IMG/VR virus record: IMGVR_UViG_3300030098_005273
Span: 1 to 54,759 of that record
Source: a virus
Taxonomy: Duplodnaviria > Caudoviricetes
DNA: 54,759 nt
Strand: one strand, 5' to 3'
A model generated the notes under the pieces. That model saw nothing but the letters and a program-made list of their open reading frames with translations, was not told the DNA's origin and made no database searches. The position numbers were made by a program, and so were the translations under genes. How positions within the stretch are numbered: position 1 is the stretch's first letter; every line of letters starts with the position of its first letter. This document shows positions 54,684 through 54,759 of the stretch, in pieces.

Positions 54684-54759
54684 CTTGTACCTCCATTAAT
54701 AGTGTGTTAATTGCATTATCAACAGCTTTGCCAGCAGCTTCTTTAAAATCATCAACAGC
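54652..54759 (-). CDS. Hypothetical protein, C-terminal part only
   Basis: Open frame from the window end (AVDDFKEAAGKAVDNAINTLLMEVQDVHEIYDNRE*). Confidence 0.5.
   Translation of the reverse strand, partial: AVDDFKEAAGKAVDNAINTLLMEVQDVHEIYDNRE

Noticed and set aside
1-54759. Alternative genetic code (stop codon reassignment)
   Set aside because: Very long ORFs are intact under code 11, and TAA, TAG and TGA all end credible genes
1-54759. CRISPR array or diversity-generating retroelement
   Set aside because: No regularly spaced direct repeats, reverse transcriptase or template/variable repeat pair seen

Overview
AT-rich dsDNA tailed-phage genome segment, probably most of a lytic podovirus-type genome, opened inside its early region. 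Minus-strand small early genes (1-4346) are interleaved with a dense non-coding RNA cluster (~1510-3480). That cluster holds three large structured RNAs, two small stem-closed RNAs and a 79-nt tmRNA reduced to its tRNA-like domain, with no mRNA-like domain. A divergence point with phased A-tracts (~4380-4460) precedes a plus-strand late operon (4767-46056): TerS, two peptidoglycan-binding-motif proteins, TerL, M15 endolysin, portal, scaffold, major capsid, head/tail proteins, holin-like ORF, metallophosphoesterase, MscS-like mini-protein, tail nozzle and four large ejection proteins. One of these, 3213 aa, carries a DADFDLD two-barrel RNA polymerase motif (crAss-like virion RNAP). A convergent minus-strand block (46098-54759) encodes an Hjc-like resolvase, DUF1599, DUF932, AEP primase-helicase, AbrB-like protein, SSB-like protein, ERF and a DUF6878/DUF6915 pair, plus more stem-closed RNA elements. 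No DNA polymerase, integrase or CRISPR array is visible. Family assignments come from motifs read by eye; no searches were run.
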